Of a DNA stretch of 64,000 nt, positions 13,100 to 22,701 are shown piece after piece. Position 1 is the first letter of the stretch; every line of letters begins with the position of its first letter. The position numbers and the translations under genes are program-made. The notes beneath the pieces are model-generated. The model was not told the DNA's origin. It searched no databases and was given only the letters and a program-made list of their open reading frames with translations. This DNA is from Anaeromyxobacteraceae bacterium (GTDB lineage: Bacteria > Myxococcota > Myxococcia > Myxococcales > Anaeromyxobacteraceae): the NCBI GenBank assembly GCA_047602405.1, contig JASGHJ010000002.1, forward strand, positions 2,560,001 through 2,624,000, in the 5' to 3' direction.

Positions 13100-14356
13100 T
13101 CAGGGCGACCGCGCCGGGGCCACCCGCCCGGCTCCGCGCCCGGCCTCCTCCGCCGCGGCCCCCTCGAGCCGGCGCCGGCGCGGCCCCGCGATGAGCAGGT
13201 GGAGCCCGGCGGCGGCGGCGCCCAGCACGAGGCACGCCCCCCACAGCGCACCGCCGCCCGAGCGCGCCAGCACGGCGCCGCCCGTCGCGGGCGCGAGGAA
13301 GCTCGCGAGCCCCCAGCTCATCGAGAGCGCGCCCTGGTACCGGCCCCGCCGGTCCGGCGGCGCGAGGCTCGCCACCGTCGAGGCCTGGAACGGCTCGCCC
13401 ACCACCTCACCCACCGTCCAGATCAGGACCCCGAGCGCGTAGAGCCCCGGCGTGTGCCCCACGCCGTGGAACGCGTAGCCCGCGCCGGTGAGGAGCGCCG
13501 AGAGCGCGAGCACCCGCCCCGGGTCGCGCCGCGCCACGAGCGCCAGCACGGGCGCCTGGAGGAGCACCACGCCGGCGCCGTTCAGCGCCATGAGCGCGCC
13601 GTAGGTCGACGGCTCGATGCCGTGGGCCGCCATGTCGACGGGCAGCGCCACCTGGAACTGGAAGTAGACGAGCAGCGTGACGAGGTTCACCCCCAGGAAC
13701 GCGAGGAGGTGCGCGTCGCGGAAGGCCACCGCCAGCCCGCGCAGGGCCGGCTCGTGCGCGGCCTGCGCCGCCGGCCGGGTCTCCGGCACGCGGGCCAGCA
13801 CGACGCCGGCGAAGGCGAGGCTGGTCGCGCCGTCGAGGAGGAAGAGCGCGGCGAAGCTGCGCTCGGCGACGAACCCCGCCGCCGCGAGCCCGACCGCCGT
13901 GCCGAGGTTCACCGCCCAGTAGAGGAGCGCGTAGGCGCGCACGCGGTCGGGCGGCGGCACGACGTCCGCGACGGCGGCCTGCAGCGCCGGGCGGTAGAGA
14001 TCGCCGAAGAGCCCGAGCGCGCAGGTGAGCGCCGCCACCGCCCGCACGTCCCGCACGAACCCGAGCGCGACCGCGATGGCGCCGCCGACGACGAGCCCCG
14101 CCGCGAGCGTGGGCCGGCGCCCCACGCGGTCGGCGAGGAACCCGCCGAGGAGGTTCCCGGCCACCGCGCCGAGCCCCCACAGCGAGACGACGAGCCCCGC
14201 CTCTCCCGCGTCGAGCCCGCGCTCGCGCGTCAGGTAGAGGCTCATGAACGGCACGACGAAGGTCGCGAGCCGGTTCACGAGGAGGCCGGTCCAGAGCGTC
14301 CAGTAGACGCGCGGCAGGCCACGGACGACGGCGGAGAGCGCGGGCACGGCGTCCAC
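13100..14356 (-). CDS. MFS transporter
   Basis: Motif A GFLADRVGRR and about 12 TM helices. Confidence 0.9.
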   Translation of the reverse strand: MDAVPALSAVVRGLPRVYWTLWTGLLVNRLATFVVPFMSLYLTRERGLDAGEAGLVVSLWGLGAVAGNLLGGFLADRVGRRPTLAAGLVVGGAIAVALGFVRDVRAVAALTCALGLFGDLYRPALQAAVADVVPPPDRVRAYALLYWAVNLGTAVGLAAAGFVAERSFAALFLLDGATSLAFAGVVLARVPETRPAAQAAHEPALRGLAVAFRDAHLLAFLGVNLVTLLVYFQFQVALPVDMAAHGIEPSTYGALMALNGAGVVLLQAPVLALVARRDPGRVLALSALLTGAGYAFHGVGHTPGLYALGVLIWTVGEVVGEPFQASTVASLAPPDRRGRYQGALSMSWGLASFLAPATGGAVLARSGGGALWGACLVLGAAAAGLHLLIAGPRRRRLEGAAAEEAGRGAGRVAPARSP

Positions 14357-14417
14357 CGTAGCGGAGGGCCGCCCGGCCGACCACGTGCAGCCCTGCGCGG
14401 GGGCCCCGCGCGGACGC

Positions 14418-14993
14418 TCACCCCTCGCCGGCGGGCTCCGGGCGGTAGAGCCCGCGCTCGGCGACGTACGCGAGGACCTTCCGCGGCACGAGGCCGGAGA
14501 CGTCCTCGCCGCGGGCGATGCGCGCGCGGACCTCGGTCGAGGAGATGCGCGGGAGCACCGGCGCGCCCGGCACGGGGGGCCACCCCTCGCGCCCGACGAC
14601 CACGACGCGCGCGAGCTCCTGCACGCGGTCCCAGCGGTACCACTTGTCGGTGTCGGGCAGGATGTCCGCCCCGACGAGCAGGGTGAACCGGTGGTCCGGG
14701 TGCTTCGCGACGAGGTGCTCGAGCGTGCGGGCGGTTCGCCCGGCGAGCGGGTCGTCCCGGAGCTCCGCCTCGGCGCCGCAGACGCCGACGCCGCGCACGT
14801 GCCGGGCCGCGAGCTCGCACATGCGCAGGCGATCCGCCCACGGCGCGAGCACCTTCCCGAAGGCGTGGCGCCAGGTGGGGAGGAGCCAGACCTCAGAGAC
14901 GTCCTGGGTGGCGAGCGCCCAGTACGCGGCCATCAGGTGGGCGACGTGGGGCGGGTTGAAGGACCCGCCGAGGAGCGCGACCGAGCGGGGCAT
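14418..14993 (-). CDS. nadD: Nicotinate-nucleotide adenylyltransferase
   Basis: GGSFNPPHVAH, LLVGAD...KWYRW and ISSTEVR motifs. Start MPRSVALL at 14993. Confidence 0.88.
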   Translation of the reverse strand: MPRSVALLGGSFNPPHVAHLMAAYWALATQDVSEVWLLPTWRHAFGKVLAPWADRLRMCELAARHVRGVGVCGAEAELRDDPLAGRTARTLEHLVAKHPDHRFTLLVGADILPDTDKWYRWDRVQELARVVVVGREGWPPVPGAPVLPRISSTEVRARIARGEDVSGLVPRKVLAYVAERGLYRPEPAGEG

Positions 14994-15541
14994 CACTTCA
15001 CCGAGAGCTTCGTCACCCGCTGGAGCGTGACCTTCTCCTTGCGGAGCTCGCGGGCGTCCTCCGAGAAGACCGTCATCTCCACGAGCACCGGCCCGGCGTC
15101 GAGCAGCACGAAGGTGGCCGGGCTGCCGTTCGGCGCGGGGCTGCGCAGGTGACCCGGGGTCACGAAGCAGCGCGGCCCGATCCCGACGAGGGCGGCCTGC
15201 GCGCTGTTGCCGTGCAGGATGAGCACCGCGTTCTCGATGTCGTCCCGGGAGAGCTCCGACTTGTCGTGGACGAGGCACGCGACGCGCCCGTCCACGAGGT
15301 CGACCTGCTTCCTCGGCACCACCTTCGCCTCGTACTCGGGGCAGGCCCGGCTCGCGACCTTCACCACGTTCCTCAGCGGCCCGCCGGCCGGCGGCCCGCG
15401 CCGCACCAGCACGGCCTCGAGGTCGGAGACCCGGCCGCCCAGGAAGAAGACGCGCTCGGCCTGGGCGCGCACGAAGAGGTCGAGCGCGCGGTCGAGCGCG
15501 TCGAGGTTCCCGAACGTGTCGCTGACGATGCCCAGCCTCAC
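14993..15541 (-). CDS. Calcineurin-like metallophosphoesterase-fold protein (degenerate metal motifs)
   Basis: MRLGIVSDTFGN, FFLGG, LVHD, ILHGNS and VTPG resemble YfcE-type motifs. Confidence 0.7.
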   Translation of the reverse strand: MRLGIVSDTFGNLDALDRALDLFVRAQAERVFFLGGRVSDLEAVLVRRGPPAGGPLRNVVKVASRACPEYEAKVVPRKQVDLVDGRVACLVHDKSELSRDDIENAVLILHGNSAQAALVGIGPRCFVTPGHLRSPAPNGSPATFVLLDAGPVLVEMTVFSEDARELRKEKVTLQRVTKLSVK

Positions 15542-15545
15542 GCGA

Positions 15546-15589
15546 AACGCAGCCTCAAGGAAAACGCAGCCTCGGGGGAACGCAGCCTC
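15546..15589. repeat. Three direct repeats of AACGCAGCCTC (period 17/16 bp)
   Basis: Copies at 15546, 15563 and 15579. Confidence 0.85.
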
Positions 15590-15606
15590 GAGGGACCGAG
15601 CCTACC

Positions 15607-16863
15607 TCACGGGCCGTACCGCAGGTAAGGCGCCCGGCGTCGTGCGAACGCGCGGGCCTCCGCGTCGCCCGGCGCCGCCACCTCCCGGAGCCCCGCCCCC
15701 GCCTGGAGCGCGGCCCGCTCCCGGGCGGAGCCCGCCAGCAGGTCGAACGCCGGCACGCCCTCCACGAACTCGTAGGTCTCGGTCCGCCAGCGGAACCGCT
15801 GCGGATCCTGCCGCCGGGCGTGCAGGACGACGGCGAGGCCCGTCCGCCAGGGCCGGAACCGATCGGGCTCGTTCACGAGGAGCTCCACGCCGTGGCACCT
15901 CACCCCGGCGTGCTTGTCCCAGGTGGGCACGAAGGACGCCGGGCGGAAGCCCACGCCCGGGAGCCGCTCCGCCGCGAGGTCGGCGGCGAGCCGGGCCCCG
16001 TCGAGCCACGGCGCGCCCATGAGCTCGAAGGGCTTCGTCGTGCCCCGCCCCTCCGAGAGGTTGGTGCCCTCGAGCAGGCACATCCCCGGGTACACGAGCG
16101 CGGTCTCCGGGGTCGGCATGTTGGGCGACGGGAGCACCCACGGCAGCCCGGTCTCGCGGTACCGCGCGCCGCGCCGCCACCCCTCGCACGGCACGACCTC
16201 GAGCGCCACGTCGAGGCCCCGCTCGGCGCGGAAGAGCGCCGCGAGCTCGCCCACGGTCAGCCCGTGGCGCACCGCGAGGTCGTGGAGGCCGCAGAAGCTC
16301 TCGAACCCCGGGGTGAGCCGCGGCCCCTCGACGTCGAGCCCGCCGATGGGGTTCGGCCGGTCGAGCACGACGAAGCCGATCCCCGCCTCGGCCGCCGCCT
16401 CCATGCAGAGCATCATGGTGGCCTGGTAGGTGTACCAGCGCGTGCCGACGTCCTGGATGTCGAAGACGAGCGCGTCGAGCCCGCGGAGCGCCTCGGCGGT
16501 GGGGCGCAGCGAGGCCTCGGTCGAGCCGTAGAGCGAGTGGACCGGCACGCCGGTGCGCGGGTCCCGCTCGCCGCCGACCGCGGCCATGTACTGGGCGTCC
16601 CCGCGTACGCCGTGCTCCGGCCCGAACAGGGCCGCGAGCGTGACGCCCTTCGCCGCGTGCAGGAGGTCGGCCGCGTGCTCGAGCCGGGCGGTGACCGCGG
16701 TCGGGTTGCACACGAGCCCGACGCGCCGCCCGCGCAGCGCGCGGAAGCGCGTGGCGGCGAGCGCGTCGAGGCCCGACCGGACCCGCCCGCGGTCAGGCGC
16801 CCGGGTTCGTGAAGTTGAACGTGAACGAGTAGCGGCCGGGGCGGCTCGCCGGGTAGGTCGCAT
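15607..16863 (-). CDS. Exo-beta-N-acetylmuramidase NamZ (DUF1343) family; start uncertain
   Basis: VGLVCNPT, LFGPEHG, SLYG, FDIQDVGTRWYTY, LDRPNP, PSPNMP and SEGRGT motifs. Homology starts at VRSGLD, around 16782. Confidence 0.88.
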   Translation of the reverse strand: MRPTRRAAPAATRSRSTSRTRAPDRGRVRSGLDALAATRFRALRGRRVGLVCNPTAVTARLEHAADLLHAAKGVTLAALFGPEHGVRGDAQYMAAVGGERDPRTGVPVHSLYGSTEASLRPTAEALRGLDALVFDIQDVGTRWYTYQATMMLCMEAAAEAGIGFVVLDRPNPIGGLDVEGPRLTPGFESFCGLHDLAVRHGLTVGELAALFRAERGLDVALEVVPCEGWRRGARYRETGLPWVLPSPNMPTPETALVYPGMCLLEGTNLSEGRGTTKPFELMGAPWLDGARLAADLAAERLPGVGFRPASFVPTWDKHAGVRCHGVELLVNEPDRFRPWRTGLAVVLHARRQDPQRFRWRTETYEFVEGVPAFDLLAGSARERAALQAGAGLREVAAPGDAEARAFARRRAPYLRYGP

Positions 16864-18247
16864 CGCGGAGGTTCCAGTAGGCGCTGGCGCGGACGTCGCC
16901 GTCGTGCATCGAGTCCTCGAGCACCTCGACGAGGGTGGCGGACCCCGAGGCGTCCACGGTCACCCGCACCTTGAGGACGCCGTTCAGGGCGGGCGCCTCG
17001 GCGAGGCGGGCACGGAAGGTCCGGTCCACGAGGCCCGAGACCGCCTTCTGCAGCGCGTTCACGTCCGACTTCTTGAGGCGCTTCAGGTTGACCCGCTCCT
17101 CGACCTTCGCGAGCTCGGGCTGCGCGGCGGGGCCCGCGGCCCGGAGCGACTCGATGGCCTCCAGCGTCTCGCCGCGCGCGAGGTGGACCTTCCCGAGGCC
17201 GAGCTGCGCCGCCCCGTCCCTCGGATCGACCGCGAGGGCGCGCTTCAGCGCCTTCTCGGCGAGGTCCCACTCCTGCGCGTCGATCCGGAGCTCGGCGAGG
17301 CGGCGCCAGCGCGGGGTCTGCGGGTCGAGCGCGCCGAGGCGCTCGAGGGCCTTCTTCTCGGTCTCCACGTCGGCCGCGGCCCGCGCGGTGTCGGCGAGCG
17401 CCTCGAGGCCCTGCGGGTCCTCCCGGAGCGCCACCGCGGCCTTCCACTGCTCCTTCGCGCTCGCGGGGTCGCCCGCCTTCACGTAGAGCCCCGCGAGCGT
17501 GGCGCGGGCGCGGCGGTCCGAGGGGCTCGCCTCGACCGCCCGGGCCCAGAGCGAGATGGCCTCCCGGTCCTGCCCGGCCGCGAGCGCGAGCTCGCCGAGG
17601 AGCTCGAGCGACGGCACGTAGCGGGCGTCCCCGGCGAGGGCCGCCTCCGCCTCGCGCCTCGCGCCGTCCACGTCCCCGGCCCGGCGCGCGAGCCGGGCGA
17701 GGCCGAGGTGCGCGTCGGGGTTCCCGGCGTCGGCGGCGAGCACGGCGCGGTAGTCCGCGGCGGCCTCGGCGTCGCGCTCCTTCCGCTCGTGGGCCCGGGC
17801 GCGCGCGTGGATCGCGAGCCAGCAGTCCGGCTCGATCGCCAGCGCGCGGGCCACGGCCTGCTCGGCCTGGTCGATCACGTTCCAGTCGACGTACACGAGC
17901 GCCATCCCGACGTGCGGCAGGGCCGACTGCGGGAACTTCTTCGCGAGCGCCTTGAAGGCGGCCCACCGGGCCTCGCCGGCGGGCTGCGCGTACACCGCGA
18001 GGAAGGCCGCCGGCGCGTCGACCGGCGCCCGCGCGGCCGCCTCGGACCAGCGGCGGCGCTCGTCGGCCACGTCGCCCCGCCGGTCGGCGCCGTCGATCGC
18101 GGTCATGGCGCGGGCGACCGGCACGAGGTCCTGCCGCGGCAGCCCGGCCTGGGCCTGCCCCGCGCCCGTCGGACGGGCGGGTTCCGCGGCCGCGGCGAGG
18201 GCCGGGGTGGCGGCGAGGACGAGGAGCGCGAGCCGGGGGAGTCGCAT
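16793..18247 (-). CDS. Secreted TPR protein with C-terminal TonB-C/AgmX-PglI-like domain
   Basis: Signal peptide, multiple TPR helices, C-terminal LNGVLKVRVTVDASG...YSFTF. Confidence 0.75.
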   Translation of the reverse strand: MRLPRLALLVLAATPALAAAAEPARPTGAGQAQAGLPRQDLVPVARAMTAIDGADRRGDVADERRRWSEAAARAPVDAPAAFLAVYAQPAGEARWAAFKALAKKFPQSALPHVGMALVYVDWNVIDQAEQAVARALAIEPDCWLAIHARARAHERKERDAEAAADYRAVLAADAGNPDAHLGLARLARRAGDVDGARREAEAALAGDARYVPSLELLGELALAAGQDREAISLWARAVEASPSDRRARATLAGLYVKAGDPASAKEQWKAAVALREDPQGLEALADTARAAADVETEKKALERLGALDPQTPRWRRLAELRIDAQEWDLAEKALKRALAVDPRDGAAQLGLGKVHLARGETLEAIESLRAAGPAAQPELAKVEERVNLKRLKKSDVNALQKAVSGLVDRTFRARLAEAPALNGVLKVRVTVDASGSATLVEVLEDSMHDGDVRASAYWNLRDATYPASRPGRYSFTFNFTNPGA

Positions 18248-18309
18248 CGGAGGTGCCTCCGCGGCGAGCGTACCACGCGATCCCGCCCGCGGCGCGGGCG
18301 CACCCGACC

Positions 18310-19428
18310 TCAGCCGCGGACCCCGATCGCTCGGTAGACGCCGAGGATCTCCCGCGCCACCCCGGGCCAGGCGAGCCGGCGCGCCTCGCGGCGGCCGCGC
18401 TCGCCGTAGGCCACCCGCCGGGCCGGCTCCCGCGCCATCCGGAGGATGGCGCGCGCCCAGGCGTTCACGTCGGCGGGGCGGAGCAGCTCGCCCTCCCGTC
18501 CGTGCTGCACGAGCTCGCGGTAGCCGTCCACGTCGGAGGCGAGCAGCGGCCGGCCCGCCGCCATCGCCTCGAGGAGCGTCACCCCGGTGCTCGGCGCCTG
18601 CGACGGGGCGCAGAAGACGTCGGCGCTCGCGTACCAGTCCGGGAGCGCGTCGTCGGGCACCCGGCCGGCGAAGACGACCTCGCCCGGGTCACCGGGGGCG
18701 ACCGCCGCCCGGGCGCGCGCGAGCCACGGCCCATCGCCGACCACGAGGAGACGGAGCCCCTCCACCTGCCGGGCCGCCCGCTGGTACGCCGCGAGGAGCA
18801 CCGCGAGGCCGTTCTTCGGCTGGACGGTCCCCACCCAGAGGAGGTTGATCCGGCCGTCGGCGAAGACGCGCTGGCGCCGGCCGCGGGCGAAGCGGTCGGC
18901 GTCCACCCCGCCGGGCACGATCTTCACCTCGGCCTGCAGGCGCGGGCCGAGCGCGCCGAGCGCGGCCCGGCAAGGCGCGAGCGCGGCGTCGAGCCGGTCG
19001 AGGTGGCGCTGGAGCGTCCGGCCGGCGAGGAGGGCCGCGAGGCCGCGCCGGGGCGGCGCGCCGGGGTGCAGGGTCCCCACGACCGGACCCGGCGCGTGAT
19101 GCACCGCGAGGAGCGGGAGCACCGGCGAGAGCGGCGCGTGCACGTGGATGACGTCGAACCGCTCGCGCCCGAGCACGTCGCGCAGCGCTCCACCGAGGAA
19201 GGCTCCCGAGGTGCGGCGGGCCAGGGCGCCGCGCGCGAGCACGGTCCGGGACGTGCCGATGCGGATGACGTCCTCGGGCCGCTCGACGCCGGGCGGCAGC
19301 GGCCCGCCCCCCGTCACGATGCGCACCTGGTGGCCCAGCCGGCGGGCCTCGCGCGCGAAGCCCTGCACCTGCGCGGCGAGCCCACCCATGGCGGGCCGGT
19401 ACTCCTCGGTGACGATGCCGATCTTCAC
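18310..19428 (-). CDS. Glycosyltransferase family 4 (PimA-like)
   Basis: GTG start VKIGIVTEEY, DVIHVH and GVTLLEAMAAGRP...SDVDGYRE motifs. Confidence 0.88.
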   Translation of the reverse strand: MKIGIVTEEYRPAMGGLAAQVQGFAREARRLGHQVRIVTGGGPLPPGVERPEDVIRIGTSRTVLARGALARRTSGAFLGGALRDVLGRERFDVIHVHAPLSPVLPLLAVHHAPGPVVGTLHPGAPPRRGLAALLAGRTLQRHLDRLDAALAPCRAALGALGPRLQAEVKIVPGGVDADRFARGRRQRVFADGRINLLWVGTVQPKNGLAVLLAAYQRAARQVEGLRLLVVGDGPWLARARAAVAPGDPGEVVFAGRVPDDALPDWYASADVFCAPSQAPSTGVTLLEAMAAGRPLLASDVDGYRELVQHGREGELLRPADVNAWARAILRMAREPARRVAYGERGRREARRLAWPGVAREILGVYRAIGVRG

Positions 19429-19442
19429 GGGCCCTGGCTCGG

Positions 19443-19733
19443 CTAGCGCGGGACGGCAGTCCGCGGCGGCTGGAACGGGATCACCCGGGCGCGCCGGGTC
19501 GCGAGCGGCCGGAGCCGGCGGCCCTGGGGGCCGCGGCGGCCCGCGAGCGGCAGGAGCGCGAGGGCGAGCGACAGCCAGGACCGCGCGGTGGCGAGCGCGA
19601 GCGCCAGGAGCGCGAGCAGGGTACGCAGCACGAGCCAGGCGCGAGCGCCGGGACGGCGGGCAGCGGGCCGCGCGGGCAGGAGCCTGAGATGGACGCGAGA
19701 GGTCGTGAAGCCGGTGGGCACGGGCGCTGCCAC
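19443..19733 (-). CDS. Small hypothetical membrane protein
   Basis: 96-aa ORF with a hydrophobic core, preceded by GGAG. Ends RRARVIPFQPP. Confidence 0.5.
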   Translation of the reverse strand: MAAPVPTGFTTSRVHLRLLPARPAARRPGARAWLVLRTLLALLALALATARSWLSLALALLPLAGRRGPQGRRLRPLATRRARVIPFQPPRTAVPR

Positions 19734-19758
19734 CTCCGGTCTGCATCATGATCACTGT

Positions 19759-20024
19759 GTTGCCGGGGGGCTCGGCGCCCCCCGCCCCGCTGAGCGAAGC
19801 TCATCGGGGCCCCACCCCGGCAGCAGTTGCCGGGAGGCTCGGCGCCCCCCGCCCCGCTGAGCGAAGCTCATCGGGGCCCCACCCCGGCAGCAGTTGCCGG
19901 GGGGGTCGGCGCCGGCCGCCCCGCTGAGCGAAGCTCATCGGGGCCCCACCCCGGCAGCGTTGCCGGGGGGCTCGGCGCCGGCCGTTCCGCTGAGCGGAGC
20001 TCATCGGGGCCCTTCCCGGCAGCA
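19759..20024. repeat. Four tandem ~67-bp palindromic units (REP/BIME-like)
   Basis: Units start at 19759, 19826, 19893 and 19959. Each reads GTTGCCGGG...CCCGCTGAGCGAAGCTCATCGGGGCCC...CCCGGCAGC. Confidence 0.95.
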
Positions 20025-20098
20025 GGCGGCGGGCTCGTCCACGCATGGGTCCTTCCCCCTGGCGCGCTGGGCCGGGCCGGGGTAATCCAACGCCCGCC

Positions 20099-22486
20099 AT
20101 GGAGCGGACGCTCGCCGAGCTGGGCTGGCCGGACGTGCTCGCGGCGCTGGCGGCCCGCTGCAGGCTGCCGGCGGGCCGCGCGGCCGCGCTCGCCCGCACC
20201 TTTCTTCCCACCGCCCCCGACGTGCGCGAGGAGCTCCTGCGCGTCGAGGAGGCCCGGCGCCTGTCCGAGGCGGGCGCCAGCCTGCCGCTCGGCGGGGTGG
20301 GCGACGTCGAGGGGCACCTCGACCGTGCCGCGAAGGGCGGGACCCTGGAGCCGCTCGCCCTGCGTGAGTGCGCGGCGCTCGTCCGCGCCGCCGCCCGCAC
20401 CCGCGAGGCCCTGTCGGCCCGTGGCGGGGACCTGCCGCGCCTGTGGGCCATCGCGGAGCCGCTGTCGGCGTCCGACGGCCTCGCGGACCGGATCGAGCGG
20501 GCCATCGACCCCTCCGGCCAGGTGTCCGACCGGGCGAGCCCCGAGCTCGCCGCCGCGCGCGAGCGCGCCCGCGGCCTCCACCGCGCGCTCAAGGCCCAGG
20601 TCGAAACGCTCCTCGAGGACCCGGAGATGCAGCGGCACCTCCGGGACACCTACTTCACCATCCGCAACGAGCGGTACGTGCTGCCGGTGCTGGCGAGCGC
20701 CCGCGGCGCGGTGCCGGGCATCGTCCACAACGCCTCGCAGTCCGGGCAGACCCTCTTCGTCGAGCCCGACTCGATGGTCGAGCTCGGCAACGAGCTCTCC
20801 ATCGCGACCGCGATGGCGCTCGAGGAGGAGCACCGGATCCTGCGCGAGCTCACCGCGGCGCTCGGGCGCGGCGCGGGCGGCCTCGTCGGAGACCTCGCGG
20901 TGCTCGGCCGGCTCGACGCGCTGGAGGCCGCGGCACGCCTCGCGTCCGATCTCGACGCGCACACGCCGGAGGTCTCGCCCGCCTCCGCCGGCTTCGAGCT
21001 CCTCTCCCTGCGCCACCCCATCCTCGTCCTGCAGGGGAAGAAGGTGGTGGCGAGCCACGTGCGGCTCGAGGCGCCCGCCCGGGCGCTCATCGTGTCCGGC
21101 CCGAACGGCGGCGGGAAGACGGTGGCGATCACCGCGGTCGGGCTCTCGGCGCTCATGCTGCGGGCCGGCCTGCCGGTGGCGGCGGCGCGCGGCTCGCGCC
21201 TGCCCTTCTTCCTGGAGGTCAAGGCGGCGGTCGACGAGCGCGGCGACCTCGCCCGGGACCTCTCCACGTTCACCGCCCACCTGACCGCCGTGAAGGAGAT
21301 GCTCGCCGGCGCGGTGCCCGGCTCCCTCGTCCTCGTGGACGAGATCGCGGCCGACACCGACCCCCGCGAGGGCGCGGCGCTCGGGGCGGCGGTGCTCGAG
21401 GCGCTCGTCGACCGCGGCGCGACCGTGCTCGTCACGACCCACCTCGACGAGCTGAAGGCGCTCGCCCTCACCGACCCGCGCTACGCGAACGCGCGGGTGG
21501 GCTTCGACGCCGAGGCGCTCCGCCCGACGTACCAGCTCCACCTCGGCACCCCGGGCAGCTCCTCGGCGATCGAGGTGGCGGCCCGGGTCGGCCTGCCGGC
21601 GGCGGTCGTCGAGCGCGCGCGCGCGGCGATGGTGGGCCAGGGCGGCGCGCTGGGCCAGGCGCTCCGGGCGCTCGACGACGAGCGCGCCGGGCTCGCCGCC
21701 GAGCGGCGGCGCGCGGAGGAGGCCCTCGAGCGCGCGCGGCAGGCGGAGGCCCGCGCCCGCGCCGCCGAGGACGCCGCCCGCAAGAGCGAGCGGGAGGCGG
21801 CGGCCCGCCTCGGCGCCGCGCTCGCCGACGAGATCGAGCAGGCGCGCGACGTGGTGGCCGACCTCGTCGCGTCGCTCCAGGCGAAGCCGACGATGAAGGC
21901 GGCGACCGACGCCGCCGCGAAGCTCGAGGCCTGGAAGGCCCAGCTCGCGGGCGCCTCCGCCGCCGCGAAGGCGAAGTCCGACGCCGGGCCCGAGCTCCTC
22001 GAGGGCGCCGCGCTCGCGCCGGGCATGCGGGTCCGCATCGTCTCGCTGGGCCACGAGGGCGAGGTGCTCGAGATCGGCGAGGGCGAGGCGCTCGTGCGCG
22101 CCGGCGCCCTCAAGGTGCGGCGGCCGGTCGCGGATCTGCTGCCGCTCAAGGGTGCCGCGAAGGAGGGCGCGCGGCTCGCGCGCTCGCGCGACGAGAAGCT
22201 CGCGGCGGCGGAGGAGGCGCGACCGGCGGCGGTGCGCGGCGCCGAGCGCAGGCTGGACGTACGCGGGCTGCGGGTGGAGGAGCTGCTCCGCGAGGTGGAC
22301 CGGTTCCTGGACACGCTGTACTCAAACGGGGAGTCCGACTGCGTCATCCTGCACGGCCATGGGACCGGCGCCCTGAAGCAGGCCCTCCGGGATCACCTCG
22401 GTGCGTCGCCGTACGTCGGAGCGTTTCGCAGGGGACACGACCACGAGGGCGGCGACGCGGTGACGCTCGTCACCTTCCGGCGATGA
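20099..22486 (+). CDS. mutS2: Endonuclease MutS2
   Basis: SGQTLFVEP, GPNGGGKT, LSTFTAH, VTTH, KOW-like region and C-terminal Smr domain LDVRG...HGHGTGAL. Confidence 0.95.
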   Translation: MERTLAELGWPDVLAALAARCRLPAGRAAALARTFLPTAPDVREELLRVEEARRLSEAGASLPLGGVGDVEGHLDRAAKGGTLEPLALRECAALVRAAARTREALSARGGDLPRLWAIAEPLSASDGLADRIERAIDPSGQVSDRASPELAAARERARGLHRALKAQVETLLEDPEMQRHLRDTYFTIRNERYVLPVLASARGAVPGIVHNASQSGQTLFVEPDSMVELGNELSIATAMALEEEHRILRELTAALGRGAGGLVGDLAVLGRLDALEAAARLASDLDAHTPEVSPASAGFELLSLRHPILVLQGKKVVASHVRLEAPARALIVSGPNGGGKTVAITAVGLSALMLRAGLPVAAARGSRLPFFLEVKAAVDERGDLARDLSTFTAHLTAVKEMLAGAVPGSLVLVDEIAADTDPREGAALGAAVLEALVDRGATVLVTTHLDELKALALTDPRYANARVGFDAEALRPTYQLHLGTPGSSSAIEVAARVGLPAAVVERARAAMVGQGGALGQALRALDDERAGLAAERRRAEEALERARQAEARARAAEDAARKSEREAAARLGAALADEIEQARDVVADLVASLQAKPTMKAATDAAAKLEAWKAQLAGASAAAKAKSDAGPELLEGAALAPGMRVRIVSLGHEGEVLEIGEGEALVRAGALKVRRPVADLLPLKGAAKEGARLARSRDEKLAAAEEARPAAVRGAERRLDVRGLRVEELLREVDRFLDTLYSNGESDCVILHGHGTGALKQALRDHLGASPYVGAFRRGHDHEGGDAVTLVTFRR

Positions 22487-22701
22487 CTGGGGTTTTGCTG
22501 GGCCGACGCCGCGCGTTATTGCACTTCGCGTAGAAATGCCCGTGATGCTGGCGCGTTGCGGCAATCGGATCGCCCCCCGTCGTGCACCCCGGGTGTGGTA
22601 CATACCCGAGAATCCGGGTCCCACCGTTTCGTCCCCCATAGCCGCGACGGGCGGTGCGCTCCGGACACACACCTCGAATCACTCCCGCCGGAGGAACCTG
22701 C

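Noticed and set aside
19759..20024. Possible CRISPR array
   Set aside because: The units are contiguous near-identical 67-mers with no unique spacers, and there are no cas genes in the window.
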